A DNA stretch of 64,000 nt, taken from assembly GCF_006345805.1 (NCBI RefSeq), contig NC_043002.1:63674001-63738000 (forward strand). The letters are read 5' to 3'. Shown here in pieces: positions 25,356-39,317 of the stretch. The notes beneath the pieces are model-generated. The model worked only from the letters and a program-made list of their open reading frames with translations, was not told the DNA's origin and did no database searches. How positions within the stretch are numbered: the stretch's first letter is position 1; the number at the start of each line of letters is the position of its first letter. This DNA comes from Octopus sinensis. Taxonomy: Eukaryota. Position numbers and translations under genes: made by a program.

Positions 25356-26619
25356 ATAAAGGAGGAGTTAGTGCTGTACATAATCAAGAATAGGAATTGT
25401 AAAAAAAACATTATCAGATTAATATATATATATATATGAGTACATTCGTGTATTATGTACGTATCTATGTATTGAGGTGTACAGTATATTGTTTGCTTTT
25501 AACGTCAAATGTCCAACCCTTCCTCATTTTGTGATAATCACTTGCCTTTCTGATAACGATCATCCAGACACCGCCAAGCGTATACACACACAAACTTCTC
25601 CTGGCACACTAAAAGATGGTGCGATTGTGCGTATATATGTTTGTATGTATATATGTATCTATAAAGAGAGGGAGACACGGAGAAACATTCTGATTGATTG
25701 AATGATTGATATAATTGTAAGCATGGTAGATATACGCATACATACAATGAAGACCAACATGTAAAACGAACGCAAGCTTAGATATAAAAGTGAAATGGTA
25801 AACGGTATACAATGTCGCATTTTATGAATACTGTGTCATAATCGCCACCTGCCGACTGCTTGGAAGGGAATATAATAGTGCAAGGATAATATATGCACAG
25901 TAGATAGGACAGTTTCACTTTGTATGTACAGAATAGATACATTTCTAATCATAGGTCTTATTTACAAAAGCTGCAACCTGCATGCGATTAGAGATAGGCG
26001 GCTAATACTGTAAAATATGAAGAAAACAAAAGCGACGAAATGAGAAGATAATTATAACAGACACAATGAAGGAGATAGGATCCAGAAAGAGAAAATATGA
26101 TTTTGTTACATCGCCTTGACGATAAAAACATTAACAATATGACAATTTCTTGAAGACCGCTACGGAAAGGCTTTGAACAATACATACGATGAAATAATAG
26201 GAATCGACAAATGAAATGCGACAACGCGTAAAGAATCGAATATGCAACACTTTTAAATATTTCGTCAATATCAATGTATAAAAGTATAGATCAACTGACT
26301 TCCAAAAATAAAACTTCATAAATAGAAATAATTCTGCTAAGTAACTGAACAATTCATATCGCCATTAATGCAGTACATATTATTTATGTAGCAATATATT
26401 AAACTGCGATTATCCCATGAAAACTGTAAAAACCAATCAAAGAAAGAAAAAGGATACGTGAACTGTTTTCCAATTATGAAAGGAGCCAGTCGTCTAAATA
26501 ATCTGAGAGTCGTGAAACACAAAAAAGAAAATATTCAACTTTAGATGAACATATCTCCAACATAGTGATTGAATTCGTTATATCACTCACTCACCGATTG
26601 TGGTTATACACATACAACC

Positions 26620-27000
26620 ACAACCACAAACTTTCAGTTTTAAAAAAAGTGTATATTTCACAAACTTTATTTCATCACCATCAAAGTACTACACTTGGGA
26701 GTTCACACACTTTTCTCAGCGGTCCAGCCACAGCTGGTAACTCCTCTGGAAAACCTTCTCTCTAATGTTATGGTGGTCCACGTCTTAATTCTCTTCCCTT
26801 TCAATGTGATTTTCAGCTTGGGGAAGAGAAAGAACCCACATGGTACCAAGCCAGGAGAGCAGAGAGCATGTACCTTAAGTGGTGTGTCTCTTGACCGGCA
26901 AAGCTTGGCTTATGTGGACTAAGTGAGCGAAGACACTGTCCTGTTGAAGTTACCAAGTCTTCGCCGCTCAAAAAATCTGACCACTTTCAACCCACAGCAC
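26620..27000 (-). mobile_element. Mariner transposase C-terminal relic
   Basis: Frameshifted W*LQQDSVFAH...CGFFLFPKLKITLKGKR...KCVNSQV*YFDGDEIK (DNAPAH / DFFLFPKLK / YFEGD motifs). Confidence 0.7.
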
Positions 27001-27100
27001 CAAGAAGGCGACTTATAACTTCCAGGTACTACTACATGATCGTTTGGCTATGTGGTGCAAAACTTTTAACCTGTATTAGAAATAATATACGTATGTTGTA

Positions 27101-27322
27101 AGGCGGCGAGCTGGCAGAAACGTTAGCAGTGGTGAGACTCTGGGCGATGTAGCAAAATCTTATTTTCTCTTTCGTCTGTCTTTACGTTCTGAGTTCAAAT
27201 TCCGCCGAGGTCGACTTTGCCTTTCGGGTTCGATAAATTAAGGACCAGCTGCGTACTGGGGTCGATCAAATCAACTGGTCTTTTCCCCCAAAATTTCGGG
27301 TCCTGTGCCTAGATTAGAAAAG
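27101..27322 (+). mobile_element. SINE family B with a perfect 17-bp target-site duplication
   Basis: aatatacgtatgttgta at 27084-27100 and 27323-27339 flanks the element. Confidence 0.9.
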
Positions 27323-27529
27323 AATATACGTATGTTGTATATTCATTTATTACAGATAGTATACTTCCAAAGATCCCCGTATTATGACAGATAACTTTTG
27401 AAGTAGTGCATATATATAAGGATAATATTTAGACTTTCGTACGGTGTAAAATACTGAACTGCTCTATTTAGCCAATCACTATTATAGGTGGATGCTAGAC
27501 AAATCCAGAGGCGAATGAGAAATTTACTT

Positions 27530-27975
27530 CATATTCTTTTCTACTCTAGGCACAAGGACCGAAATATTTTGATGGGGAGGGGGCAGTCGTTTAGATCGAC
27601 TCTAGTATGCAAGTGGTACTTAATTTATCAACTCCGAAAGGATAAGAGGCAAAGTCGACCTCGGCGGAATTTGAACGCAGAACGTAAAGACAGACGGAAT
27701 ACCTATTTCTTTACTGCCCACAAGGGGCTACACACAGAGGGAACAAACAAGGACAGACAAACGGATCAGTCGATTATATCGACCCCAGTGCGCGACTGGT
27801 ACTTAATTTATCGACCCCGAAAGGATGAAAGGCAAAGTCGACCTCGGCGGAATTTGAACTCACAACGTAACGGTGGACGAAATACCGCTAAGCATTTCGC
27901 CCTGCGTACTAACGTTTCTGCCAGCTCACCGCCACTTGCAGCAGCGGACGAAATACCTCTAAACATGTCGCCCGG
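27530..27975 (-). mobile_element. SINE family B, tandem multimer
   Basis: aggcaaagtcgacctcggcggaatttgaac occurs twice (~27650 and ~27830). Confidence 0.85.
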
Positions 27976-28692
27976 CGTGCTAAAAAATTTACTTGATATT
28001 GATGACGACTTGATATCAGTATATGCAATATTAAGGAATTAAATTTGATAGCTGATTTCGACACGAAAATAGATACAATTTTTTACACTAAAGCCAGAAC
28101 AAGTGAAATGTTAGGCCAGTAGGAAATATGGATGGCCCTCTACAGAGGTTTTTCATATTCATCAGCTCGAAAATAATGGAAAGGAAATTAGACCTCAGCA
28201 GGATTTGACCTGGTAGCGCAGAACTTGAAAATATTATATTCACAACAAATTCCAATTACGAATTGATCGTATAAAGATGAATATTCCTATTATTTTCATT
28301 ACAATATCTTTTGGTAGATAGTGATGTTTCGAACTGTCATCGCTCCCTTCATGAAGCTTGTCTACCTACAGCGGGTATATAGTTTCATCTCTGTTAACAA
28401 GATTAGTTTTGTATAGATATAATAATTAATTAAATAGAAAACAAGCATACATGACAACAACTTGATCCATGAAAACAAAACAACTATAAACAGAGGTGTT
28501 AAAAGTAAAGCAGCATTTAAGAAGCCCAAAAATCTCTATATAACATAACATACAAAATAGAACATAAACATATTAGTCACAGGTAGTCGTACAATTCTTT
28601 AAAAAATATATACACGCACACGTGTAATTGAAGTAAACAAAAACATTTGAATTTTCTAAACAAACATACAATTTAAGAAGCACGTATATACG

Positions 28693-28726
<34 letters not shown>

Positions 28727-29085
28727 ATTGTTTAGAATAACCGAAAAAACTTGTCTAAGCCCTTTTATGTAAATGCAGTTTATTTGCTGAGAGTAATTTA
28801 TCCAGAACACGCGCGGCTCTGCGCGAAAAGAAAACCAACAACGACTCTTTCGCTAAGTGCGGGATTCATGCATATAATTCATCACGAACGAAACATAATG
28901 CGAACATTTATAAATATAAAGAACTCTCTTGATATTCTTCTTTACAAATTCTTCGTTATTTCTTATTCAGTTTAATTTCATAGAATCTTTCTATTTAACG
29001 CTGTATTTGTGGCGTTTGTATTTCCGTGTTTGTTTGTTTGGTAACTGGCTTGTTTGTTTAGATGTTTGCTTTTGATGTGGCACTC

Positions 29086-29147
<62 letters not shown>

Positions 29148-29201
29148 AATTTGCATATATGTATGTGTACATACATAAACATATTTCTCTTCAACGCTAT
29201 A

Positions 29202-29245
<44 letters not shown>

Positions 29246-29479
29246 TACTTTGTATATTCTTTTTAGAAATATTCTTGTGGTTTCATCGTTTTTTTTTATA
29301 TTGCAGCTAATTCCATTAATTTATTAGAGAGAGAGAATAAAATAAAAGGTTATCAGTATGAGAAAGCGGCATGTTATGCGTCCGTTATGTATTTGTTTCT
29401 TCCATTTTGTAGAAAAGAATCTGCGATGGTTTTACTGAACGGAATAGAAAACAATAACTAGGAACGCAATACCAAGGAA

Positions 29480-29910
29480 ATGGAAGAACTACAACGAAAA
29501 CGAAGACATCAAGAAAATGAAGAAGAGGAAGAAGAAAATAATAGAAAGGAGAAAGAAGAAAAGGAAGAGAAAGGAATAAAAGAAGAGAAAGAAGAGAAGT
29601 AGAAAAGAGAAAATGAAGAGAAAGAAGAAAAAGAAGAAAAAGGAGAGAAGGAAGCAGAAAGGAAGAGAAAGAAGAAGGTGAAGAAGAAGAAGAAAGGAGA
29701 GAAGAGAAAGAAGGAGAAAATGAAGAGAAAGTAGTATAAGAAGAAAAGAAGAAGAAGAGAAAAAGAAGACAAAGAAATGAAAGAAGACAAAGAAATGGAA
29801 GAAGAAAAAGATAAAGAAAAAGAGGAGTAGAGAGACCAAGAAGATGAAGAAGAATGAAAAGAATGAGGTATAGTACATGGAAGAGGTACAAAATCAGTTG
29901 CAGAAGAAAA
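29480..29910. repeat. Degenerate (GAA)n purine-rich tract
   Basis: Near-pure A/G composition built on gaa units. Confidence 0.9.
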
Positions 29911-30149
29911 ACGAAACATAGTGTACTTTATTTTATCAACCCGAATATGAACCCTACACAGAGCAGAAACAAATCCCGCTGAGTATTTTCTCTCCTGCTA
30001 AAAAACTCTTACCCAGAGACCTCCATTCACAGTCACTAGTCTTTCCTCTGGTGACCATCTTTTTGATAAATACACTAGAAGGCTGCATCTATCTCTCTAA
30101 CCCAACTTCCTAGTTAAATGATATTTTAAGTAGTAGTAGTAGTAGTAGT

Positions 30150-31039
30150 AAGAGCAAAGAAAAGGGGAAAGCAAGTGAAGAAGTACAAAAAGAACACGAA
30201 GAAGTATTACCCAAGAAGGCACTATGAATCAATTCCTTGTAGCGACGACTGAAGTTGCTGGAAAAATATGTGGGATTGGCTAATGAAATGCACCGTAAAG
30301 AAAACAGAGCTAGAGTATCAGACTGGCAGCGCAGGAACAACTGCTGGCCAAGGATTGGAGGGTCAACCTGAGGAATGAGCAAGTGTTTCCGCTGTGTCGC
30401 ATCTGCCATGAAGTCTATGAAACCATTGCCCATATCACGAGCGAATGCCCTACACTTGCTCAATATCACTACAAGCTGTGGCGGCACAACATAGCAGCGA
30501 AAGTACTACATTGAGACTGTGAGAAAAGCGGGAGATAGAGCGAGCAAGAAGTGATATTAGCACAAACCGCAGAAGGTGACTGAGTCAGAGACTACCAAAA
30601 TATTCCTAAATTCCCGATCCAAACAGATCAGGTGTAAGAGCATAACAAACCGCACCTAGTGGTGGTGGACAAGGTGCCACGCATATGCAATACAGTTGAC
30701 GTTGCATGCCAATTTGACGCACGAATATTCAAGAAGGAAGATGAAAAGAAAGATGAAACCCTCTTGAGTATGAAAGAGGCCAGCTATAGAAAATGGAGGT
30801 GAATATAGTGCAAATTATTGTTGGGTCTTTGGGAACAGTATCAGAAGGCATCAAAATAAAGGAAATTGGAATCGAGTACCCAAAAGAAATGTTACAAAAG
30901 GTTTGCCTCGTTTGAACGGCTAGAAAAATCAGGAAAGTATTAGAAGGCTGAAAAGAACGAATAGCATGGTACTGTAGGCTGCAGGTAGTAAACCCGCTAT
31001 GCATGCAAGACTCGAAGAGCTCCAACAAAACCTGCGACA
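30150..31039 (+). mobile_element. 5'-truncated R4/Dong-like LINE 3' portion ending in (AAT)n
   Basis: CCHC knuckle CRICHEVYETIAHITSEC; FPIQTDQV*EHNKPHLVVVDK..TVDVAC (PD..D); QIIVGSLGTV; LQKVCLV*TARKIRKVL; then 3' UTR and (AAT)n. Confidence 0.85.
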
Positions 31040-31096
31040 ATAATAATAATAATGGCAATAATAACAATAATGATGATGATGATAATAATAATAATG

Positions 31097-31160
<64 letters not shown>

Positions 31161-31378
31161 TAATAATAATAATAATAATAATAAGAAGAAGAAGAATATT
31201 TTCTGCTGCAAGCACAAGGTCTCAAATTTGGGGAGCGATGAAGTCGACAGATGAAATTCCGTTAAGCATTTCGCCCGACGCACTAACGATTATGAAAATA
31301 ATAATAATAATAATAATGATAATAATAATAATAATAATTGTAATAATAATAATAATAATAATGATAATAATAGTAATG

Positions 31379-31437
<59 letters not shown>

Positions 31438-31439
<2 letters not shown>

Positions 31440-31855
31440 CCCTGTTGTAATACCAGGCAGTAGCTCTCATGGCTTCAGATCTTAACTCGTTGGAAGAATA
31501 CATTGTCTTGTCTTGGTATAAAATATGGCTATAGCAAATATTTTGCTTAATACCACAGATTTGCTTGTTAGATAATTAACATTAACCAGTTATGTATGCC
31601 CTTCACGATCAAAAGTAGTGGAGACGAATCATAGCCATGTGTTGAGACGCATTATTTGTAGTTTTCCCTACGGAATCGTGTGCGTGTTTCGTTCAAATTA
31701 CTTAACGCTTATACAAGGACCATATGAACAGGATGGGCTGCTCGACCTAAAGAAAATTCTGATTGGGCTCCACCTTCGAGTTCATGCGCTGTTTATCTTG
31801 ACATGAGCTCATCAAATCGTGCAGATATTGTTGTGATGCATATGTCTGGTAATGT
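31438..31855 (+). mobile_element. Diverged third copy of the ~555-bp (TAA)n-associated element
   Basis: Begins immediately after (AAT)n at the same end as 4578; collinear blocks such as catagccatgtgttgag and gaaaattctgattgggc. Confidence 0.75.
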
Positions 31856-31954
31856 CGACCAGGGCGGTATTTACAAAACCTAGCCACGAGCAAAATACTG
31901 CTAAGCATTTCGTCCAGCGAACCAACGATTGCGCAAGCTCGCCGTCTGTATAGC

Positions 31955-32025
<71 letters not shown>

Positions 32026-32091
32026 TAACAATAATAGCAATGATGATGATGATGATGAAGATGATGATGATGAAGATGATGATGCTGATGG

Positions 32092-32126
<35 letters not shown>

Positions 32127-32143
32127 TTAATGAAGATGATGAT

Positions 32144-32188
<45 letters not shown>

Positions 32189-32609
32189 TATTATTATTAT
32201 TATTATTATTATTATTGTAGTTTCCGTTATAGGAATTTTTCTGGTTGTTGGAGGTACTAGTGAATTACAGGGACCCTAGTAACTGACTGGTAGACAATTT
32301 ATCAACCACGAGCGGGATTTGAACCCAGAATGTAAGACCGAAATTTTCTGGGGACGTGGCTTTTTGATCATATTGCTCTAATTACATGACGTATACTAGA
32401 CCCATATTTTTCAGTAACGCACTCAGGATGACAGACTAAATTTGAACCAAGTACACAAGGGCAGACAAAATTCCATCACGCATTCGGTCACGCGTGACAA
32501 GTTTGGGACGACGACGACGACGACGATTATGATGATAATAATGATGATGATGGTGTTGGTGGTGGTGATTGCAACGATATTGATCATGACGGCCATGGCG
32601 ATGAAAGCA

Positions 32610-32820
32610 TAAAATAAAGTTATAAATAAGGCCGCAATCTGACAGATTCGTCAACACAGCTTGTCGGTAGCTGTCTGTTTGTTCAGAGTCCAAATTCCGC
32701 CGTGATAGATTTCTGCTTTTCATTATTTCGCAATCGATAAAAAGAGTACCAGTGGAATACTGGTGTCGATGTAATCAAATTAACCCTCTCTGGAAATTGA
32801 AGCCTTGTGCCCATAGCAAA
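32610..32820 (+). mobile_element. Degenerate SINE family B
   Basis: gttcagagtccaaattccgccgtgatagatttctgcttttcatt...cgataaaaagagtaccagt. Confidence 0.6.
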
Positions 32821-33228
32821 AAAAAAAAAAATATTCCACTTATAAATAGCATTTTTTTTTTCTATTATCACGAGAAAATCATGCAATATTAAACAGTTGC
32901 ACAACGTGAAAATTCACTTAAAACAACACTTTCGGAAACTTAGTAAAGGTGATGGTGGTGGTAGCATTAGAAACACGAAGAAGGAGACGTGAAGTGGTTG
33001 CTGTAATAAAATGATAAGCACAAGAGAAAGAAATACAAAAAAAAAAAAGAACAACGAAAAGAATCTGAGCAAATTACATATTATAAGAATAACAACAGTA
33101 AGAAAGATGTTGAAAAAATATTAGCAATTATAATAGAGCGTGTATATTAGCTTTGTTAACTGATTCTTTTCTACATTTCCAAAGATATGTATGCGTATGT
33201 GGTGTGTGCGTTTACGTATATATATTTA

Positions 33229-33291
<63 letters not shown>

Positions 33292-33679
33292 CTTATATAT
33301 CGTTCATTCTTGATTAACTAATGTAAACAGCAGTTTTCAAATTGATGACCGGATATAAAATGCATGACATGAATACCAATATATTCTTTGATAATATCCG
33401 TTTATTTTCCTTGCTTGTATTTTGCCTTTATTTATATATGGTAAATGGGAAAATAAATTACATTTCTGGAAGGAGATGACGAAAGAAAACGCAGTTGACC
33501 GGCTATAAAATATACCGAGTAAGTTTATTCTTTCCTTAATAGAATATACAATTTGATATGTGAGCCATTATGTATCGTGATATGTATGTGTATACATCTA
33601 CATATTGGATGAAGGCACGTGCATGCCTTCGTGCATATCTATCTACCTGTCCAACTATCTATGTATGTATGCATCTATC

Positions 33680-33705
33680 AACCTATCGATCTCTATGCCT
33701 GTCTG

Positions 33706-33754
<49 letters not shown>

Positions 33755-33830
33755 TCTATCTATCTATCTATCTATCTATCTATTTATCTATCTGTCTATC
33801 TATCTACCTGTCTATCTATCTATCTGTCTG

Positions 33831-33893
<63 letters not shown>

Positions 33894-33920
33894 GTCTATC
33901 TACCTGGCTATCTATCGATC
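33680..33920. repeat. (CTAT)n tetranucleotide array
   Basis: Direct inspection. Confidence 0.95.
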
Positions 33921-34007
33921 AATTTAAACTATTTTTTCCATATATACATGTGTGTGTATATATGTGTGTGAATGTATTTATATATGAATATACATATATA
34001 TATCTTT

Positions 34008-34062
<55 letters not shown>

Positions 34063-34072
34063 ATACATGTAC

Positions 34073-34113
<41 letters not shown>

Positions 34114-34268
34114 TATATATGTCTGTCTGTCTGTGTGCATAGGTATGTGTACTTATGTATTAGTTTATATATATTTATTCATATATATATACATATATAT
34201 ATGTCTATACACGTATGAGTAAGTGCTTACATATATATTTGTTCATCTATATATATACACACACACAT

Positions 34269-34305
<37 letters not shown>

Positions 34306-34709
34306 CTTACATATATATACACATAAACAAGCAGATGCACACAAATACACACTCACTCACACACACGCACGCCCAGAGGAGAAGATAGATGCTGAAATGA
34401 AGAGATATGCAGCAATAAAATGTTGTGACATGAAATAAATGAATGTCGCTGCCTTTGCGACAACAAATGAAACGTGAGAATACGAACAGGAATACGTGTA
34501 GCGAGGTAAGTTTTTCCTCACTTAGGGAAAGAAAATTATGCTTAAAGAAATCTTCGATTTTATTTCTTTAGTTCTTCATGTCGATGGGTTCAGTGTTTTA
34601 ATGTCCTTCAAATTTTTGACGTCACAAAACATCCGAGGCCATAATACGCGAGCTCTCTCCCCCTCTTGCTCTTTGTTCTCTCTGTCTAACCCACACGCAA
34701 AACCAAATA

Positions 34710-34756
<47 letters not shown>

Positions 34757-34759
34757 CAT

Positions 34760-35077
34760 GAGACCCTCATCGGTCACGACACAGACCATGGTATTGCAGC
34801 TAGAATGTTACCCTCCGAGGTACAAATCCGGACAAGGTTGTTTATGGAAGACCAGCAGTCGCCCATGCATACTGGCCTCCCCTCTCCACGCAACCATTGT
34901 TATCCAAGGGAGAGGCAAAATCCGATACAGCTTGGCACCTGTAATGTCGCAACTCATTTCTACAGCTAGTGAACTGAAGCTACGTGAAATAAAGTGTCTG
35001 GCTCAAGAACAACACAGGATTCGAGCTCACAACTTCGCAATCGTAAGCTCGACGCTCTAACCACTAAGCCATGTGCC
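34760..35077 (-). mobile_element. tRNA-derived SINE family D (CORE-like centre)
   Basis: Reverse-complement homologue of 44903-45230. Confidence 0.85.
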
Positions 35078-35479
35078 TTCACACACAAACACACACCCAC
35101 ACACACATTTATATATAAGTTGCATAAAAGATCGTGGGTAAGTCCAAAACAATGCGAGGTAATTGCAATGTAAATCAGAAGGAAACATATAATTGAATTA
35201 ATATAGACTTACATTGTATTCAATATGTCGGTGTTATGACCTCATTTTCAAAAACTTTATGTCGAATTCTTGAAAAATGGAGTCGTAATCCCGAAATATA
35301 GAACACAATGTTAGTCTACATTAATTCACATATGTATTTTCTTTTGTTTTACCTTGCATTTTCTTCACATTGTTTTGGCCTTACCCACGATCTTTTACAC
35401 AACATACTCTACACAATGCTTCACAGTAATTATTCCATATATATATATATATACATTTAAGTCGTTATGTTTGAAAAAT

Positions 35480-36060
35480 GTTATAAAATTTTGTGTGTAG
35501 TAACATAGTTTTTGGAGAAGTCCCTATGCCTCTCCTCGTCGATGTTTTTATATTTTTCTTCATTAGTGGAGGTCCTAAGTCTTAGTAATTCTATCTCTGA
35601 TTTTAAATGGAAGAGAGCTGACCTTTCCCTAATAGTCCTCTGTCGGTCAGGTTCATTAGGTATTGTTTTGATCTGGAATTTGCGTGGGAGGATAATTGGT
35701 GTTGTGTTCATCCATTTTTCGTAGATATATGCTTTGTTGGAATTTTCTTAACATATTCCAGAAAGCGAGTTTTCTATTATGAAGGTTTGTATTACAAATG
35801 TTTTCTATTTTTCTTTTTGTTAGAATGACTTGTGTAAGTATGACGTCCTGGTGTGTTTCATTTGTTGTGCGCTGGTCGTTGCTCGGTTTGTTTGTGAACA
35901 CCGACTTTAGCGTAGTGTATAGAGTGTTCAAATCTTTAATAATTTGTTCTTGTTTTAAAATGAAATCGTCGAAAGTGTCGTGGATAGGTGGTTGTTGTTC
36001 ATTGTAGGGTTTCTTAATGAATATTGAGTTGAGGGTTGTGCATAAAAGATTAACAATCTT
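35480..36060 (-). pseudogene. Probable N-terminal ORF relic of a retroelement (PLE-like)
   Basis: Non-repetitive reading frames such as ILPRKFQIKTIPNEPDRQRTIRERSALFHLKSEIELLRLRTSTNEEKYKNIDEE with strong strand skew; family assignment from memory. Confidence 0.4.
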
Positions 36061-37256
36061 TCCGTTCTATTCTTTCTTATTCCTTACCTCAAATAGAACT
36101 CATCATCGCTTTAAACGTTGTTTCATTGTTCCATAAGATAATATTTAATTATACACAAGCTTTTAAACATTTTTGTATTTTTAATTCGCGCAACATTCTT
36201 TCCGCATTGCATTCTTTCAGAAAATTATATACTCATTATATTGTTAATCAACACCTACATTTTTACTGATTTGTCATTTTATTTTATTTACCTTAGTCAA
36301 ACCTAGCGCCAATTTCTTACCCTCTTATTTTCAGTTATGCTAACAAACTATTTAAAGATATTTAAATACAGACTTTTATTTTTTTATTCCAGTTCAAGTT
36401 ACTATTAAAAGATTTTCATTAATGTATAATTAACATAAAGATTACTTCAAGTAAACTGCTGTTTCACAATATCTAAACTTTAATCAAATTTTGATCCATT
36501 TTCCATCAACATGCTTTTGTCTCCATAACTATATTATTTGTATGTTAATGTGTCGGGGCTGATGAAATGGAGATTGAGTTGTGGAGGTTGGTGGGTATTA
36601 TCAGCAGTCCTGTCCGTTCGCAAATCTGCAGAATTTTGAACAGCTCATCCGAAATTAACACTGTGCAACCAATATATATGCGTACTGTTTTATATTCCCC
36701 GTTGGGATTATTTTTTGTCAACCCAAGAAAGATAAACTATAATAAAATCCTATAATAATACTCTATTTCTTATGTTCAACGATTCACGCTAAATACAATC
36801 TACATGTAGTTAATTCTATCGCATCATTATTTTTATTGAACATTACTGACGGCAAATAACTTCTACTAGAACTATGTATTATATTTATACAAAAATAGTT
36901 ATTTTAAACATCCAATCTATTTCATTTAACAGATGCTATAACAATCACTCATTTTAATTGCAGTACACTTCAAAATAAAAGTTACCTTTAATCACGGGCT
37001 TTCAAATTTCTACGTTTCTACACCTATTTCCCTATTTCTTACTCGTTCCAAGACAATTAATCAAATTAAGTCACTAATATTTTATTTGTTATCAGATTCT
37101 GTTCGATTAAATATGACATACTTAAGTTTCCTTTCCTTGTCCATTTATTTTATAATCATAAAAAGTATAGACATATGGGGTTACGATATATATATATATA
37201 TATATACATATAGCGTATATACCGTATATATATATATACATATGTATATATATATG

Positions 37257-37292
<36 letters not shown>

Positions 37293-37299
37293 AGTATAT

Positions 37300-37361
<62 letters not shown>

Positions 37362-37869
37362 TAACGAACTTATCTCTCTTGGCCATTATTTCTATCCTTT
37401 TTAATCTGCTTATTCAAGGGGTATACCATAAAGAAGTTTCCGACTATTATCAATAGAGACTAATTTCAGTTAAATTCATACGTTCCACACTTAATTTAAA
37501 ATAAATAGCACATATATTACAAAAATGAATATGGTTGTGTTTCTTCAAGTATACATACACTCACACACACGCAAACAGATATCCGAATATATACTTATAT
37601 ATCCATACACCGCACAAACACACACATACGCATCCTTTTGTGTATGTACGCACAATTAAATGTGATTTACTGGACAATATAAATAGTTTATTGATCATTA
37701 TAGGAAATTACTACAAATTTCTGTTGGAGTCCCAATTGCCTCACTTATTTTCTATCTCTGATTTGATTTTTATACGATATTGTCTACTAATCGTAACCAC
37801 ACAAAATTATATACATTATATTTACAGTACAAAAATCCAAACAACAACATTTATATGTATGTATGTACG

Positions 37870-37908
<39 letters not shown>

Positions 37909-38247
37909 ATGGATGGATGTATGTATATCTTCGCTAAATTTAGATAGAACGTAGTTACATAGAATTAAATATAAAAGATGAATCAACAGAATTGTAAGAC
38001 ATACACCCAAATAAGGAAGACTCTAGGCATATATTCTCTGACACAAGAAAGATATTAGCGTGGTGATGAGGGCAAGTGTTAATAAAGAGAGCGTGTAGAA
38101 AAATAGGTGTGTGACAGCCGAAATAGCGAAGATGATCCGGTTCTTGACTAAAGATTGAAGGCTTTGAATGTCCCGTCCGTGTTTTTTGTATCGTCTTCTA
38201 AATGTTTCACGTCCTTGTCCCAGTTTGTATTTTTTACATTTACATAC

Positions 38248-38249
<2 letters not shown>

Positions 38250-38299
<50 letters not shown>

Positions 38300-38436
38300 T
38301 TATATATATATATAATATATATAGGTATATATATATATATATATATATATGTTATATATATATATATATATTATATATGTATATATATATTATATATGTA
38401 TATATAATATATATATATAGTATATATATATATATA

Positions 38437-38499
<63 letters not shown>

Positions 38500-38512
38500 T
38501 AATATATATATA

Positions 38513-38572
<60 letters not shown>

Positions 38573-38640
38573 TTATATATATATATATATGTATATATAT
38601 ATAGATATATATAGATATGTATATATTATATATATATATA

Positions 38641-38675
<35 letters not shown>

Positions 38676-38878
38676 ATACATATATATATAGTATATATAT
38701 ATATATATAATATATATATACATATATATATGTATATATATATATATATGTATATTAAGTATATATATATATATATCTACATATATATATATGTATATAT
38801 ATATTATATATAGATATATATATATATATATATAAGTATATATATATACAATATATATATATAAATATATACATATAA

Positions 38879-38933
<55 letters not shown>

Positions 38934-39085
38934 TATACATATAAGTATATATATATATATATATATAAGTATATATATATACATATATATATATAAATAT
39001 ATATATATAAGTATATATATATATATATATTACATATATATATATATATAATATATATATGTATAATATATATATATATATGTAT

Positions 39086-39149
<64 letters not shown>

Positions 39150-39182
39150 CTATATATATATATATATTATATATATATATAT
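38250..39182. repeat. ~930-bp imperfect (TA)n array
   Basis: Direct inspection. Confidence 0.95.
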
Positions 39183-39237
39183 AGTGAATTGAAGAAATGG
39201 AGTTGAACGAAGATTGAACAGAAATCGTTTTATTGCA

Positions 39238-39317
39238 TTCTACACGTGTTTCGAAAGGCACAATTTACCAAATTCCGATTGAATAAGGAGACCATATTGT
39301 GTCTTTCTCTTCAGGAA
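39238..39317 (-). ncRNA. Type I hammerhead ribozyme motif in a PLE-like terminus
   Basis: uuc CUGAAGA gaaagacacaau...auugugccuuuc GAAAC acgu GUA gaa; helix III ACACGUGU is a perfect palindrome; helix I only 3 bp. Confidence 0.65.

Noticed and set aside
28315-28375. Eroded hammerhead-like text on the minus strand (catgaagggagc..gttcgaaacatc)
   Set aside because: No CUGANGA and no NUH in register; at best an unrecoverable relic.
36558-36630. ctgatga followed by a possible long stem
   Set aside because: No GAAAC or helix III downstream.
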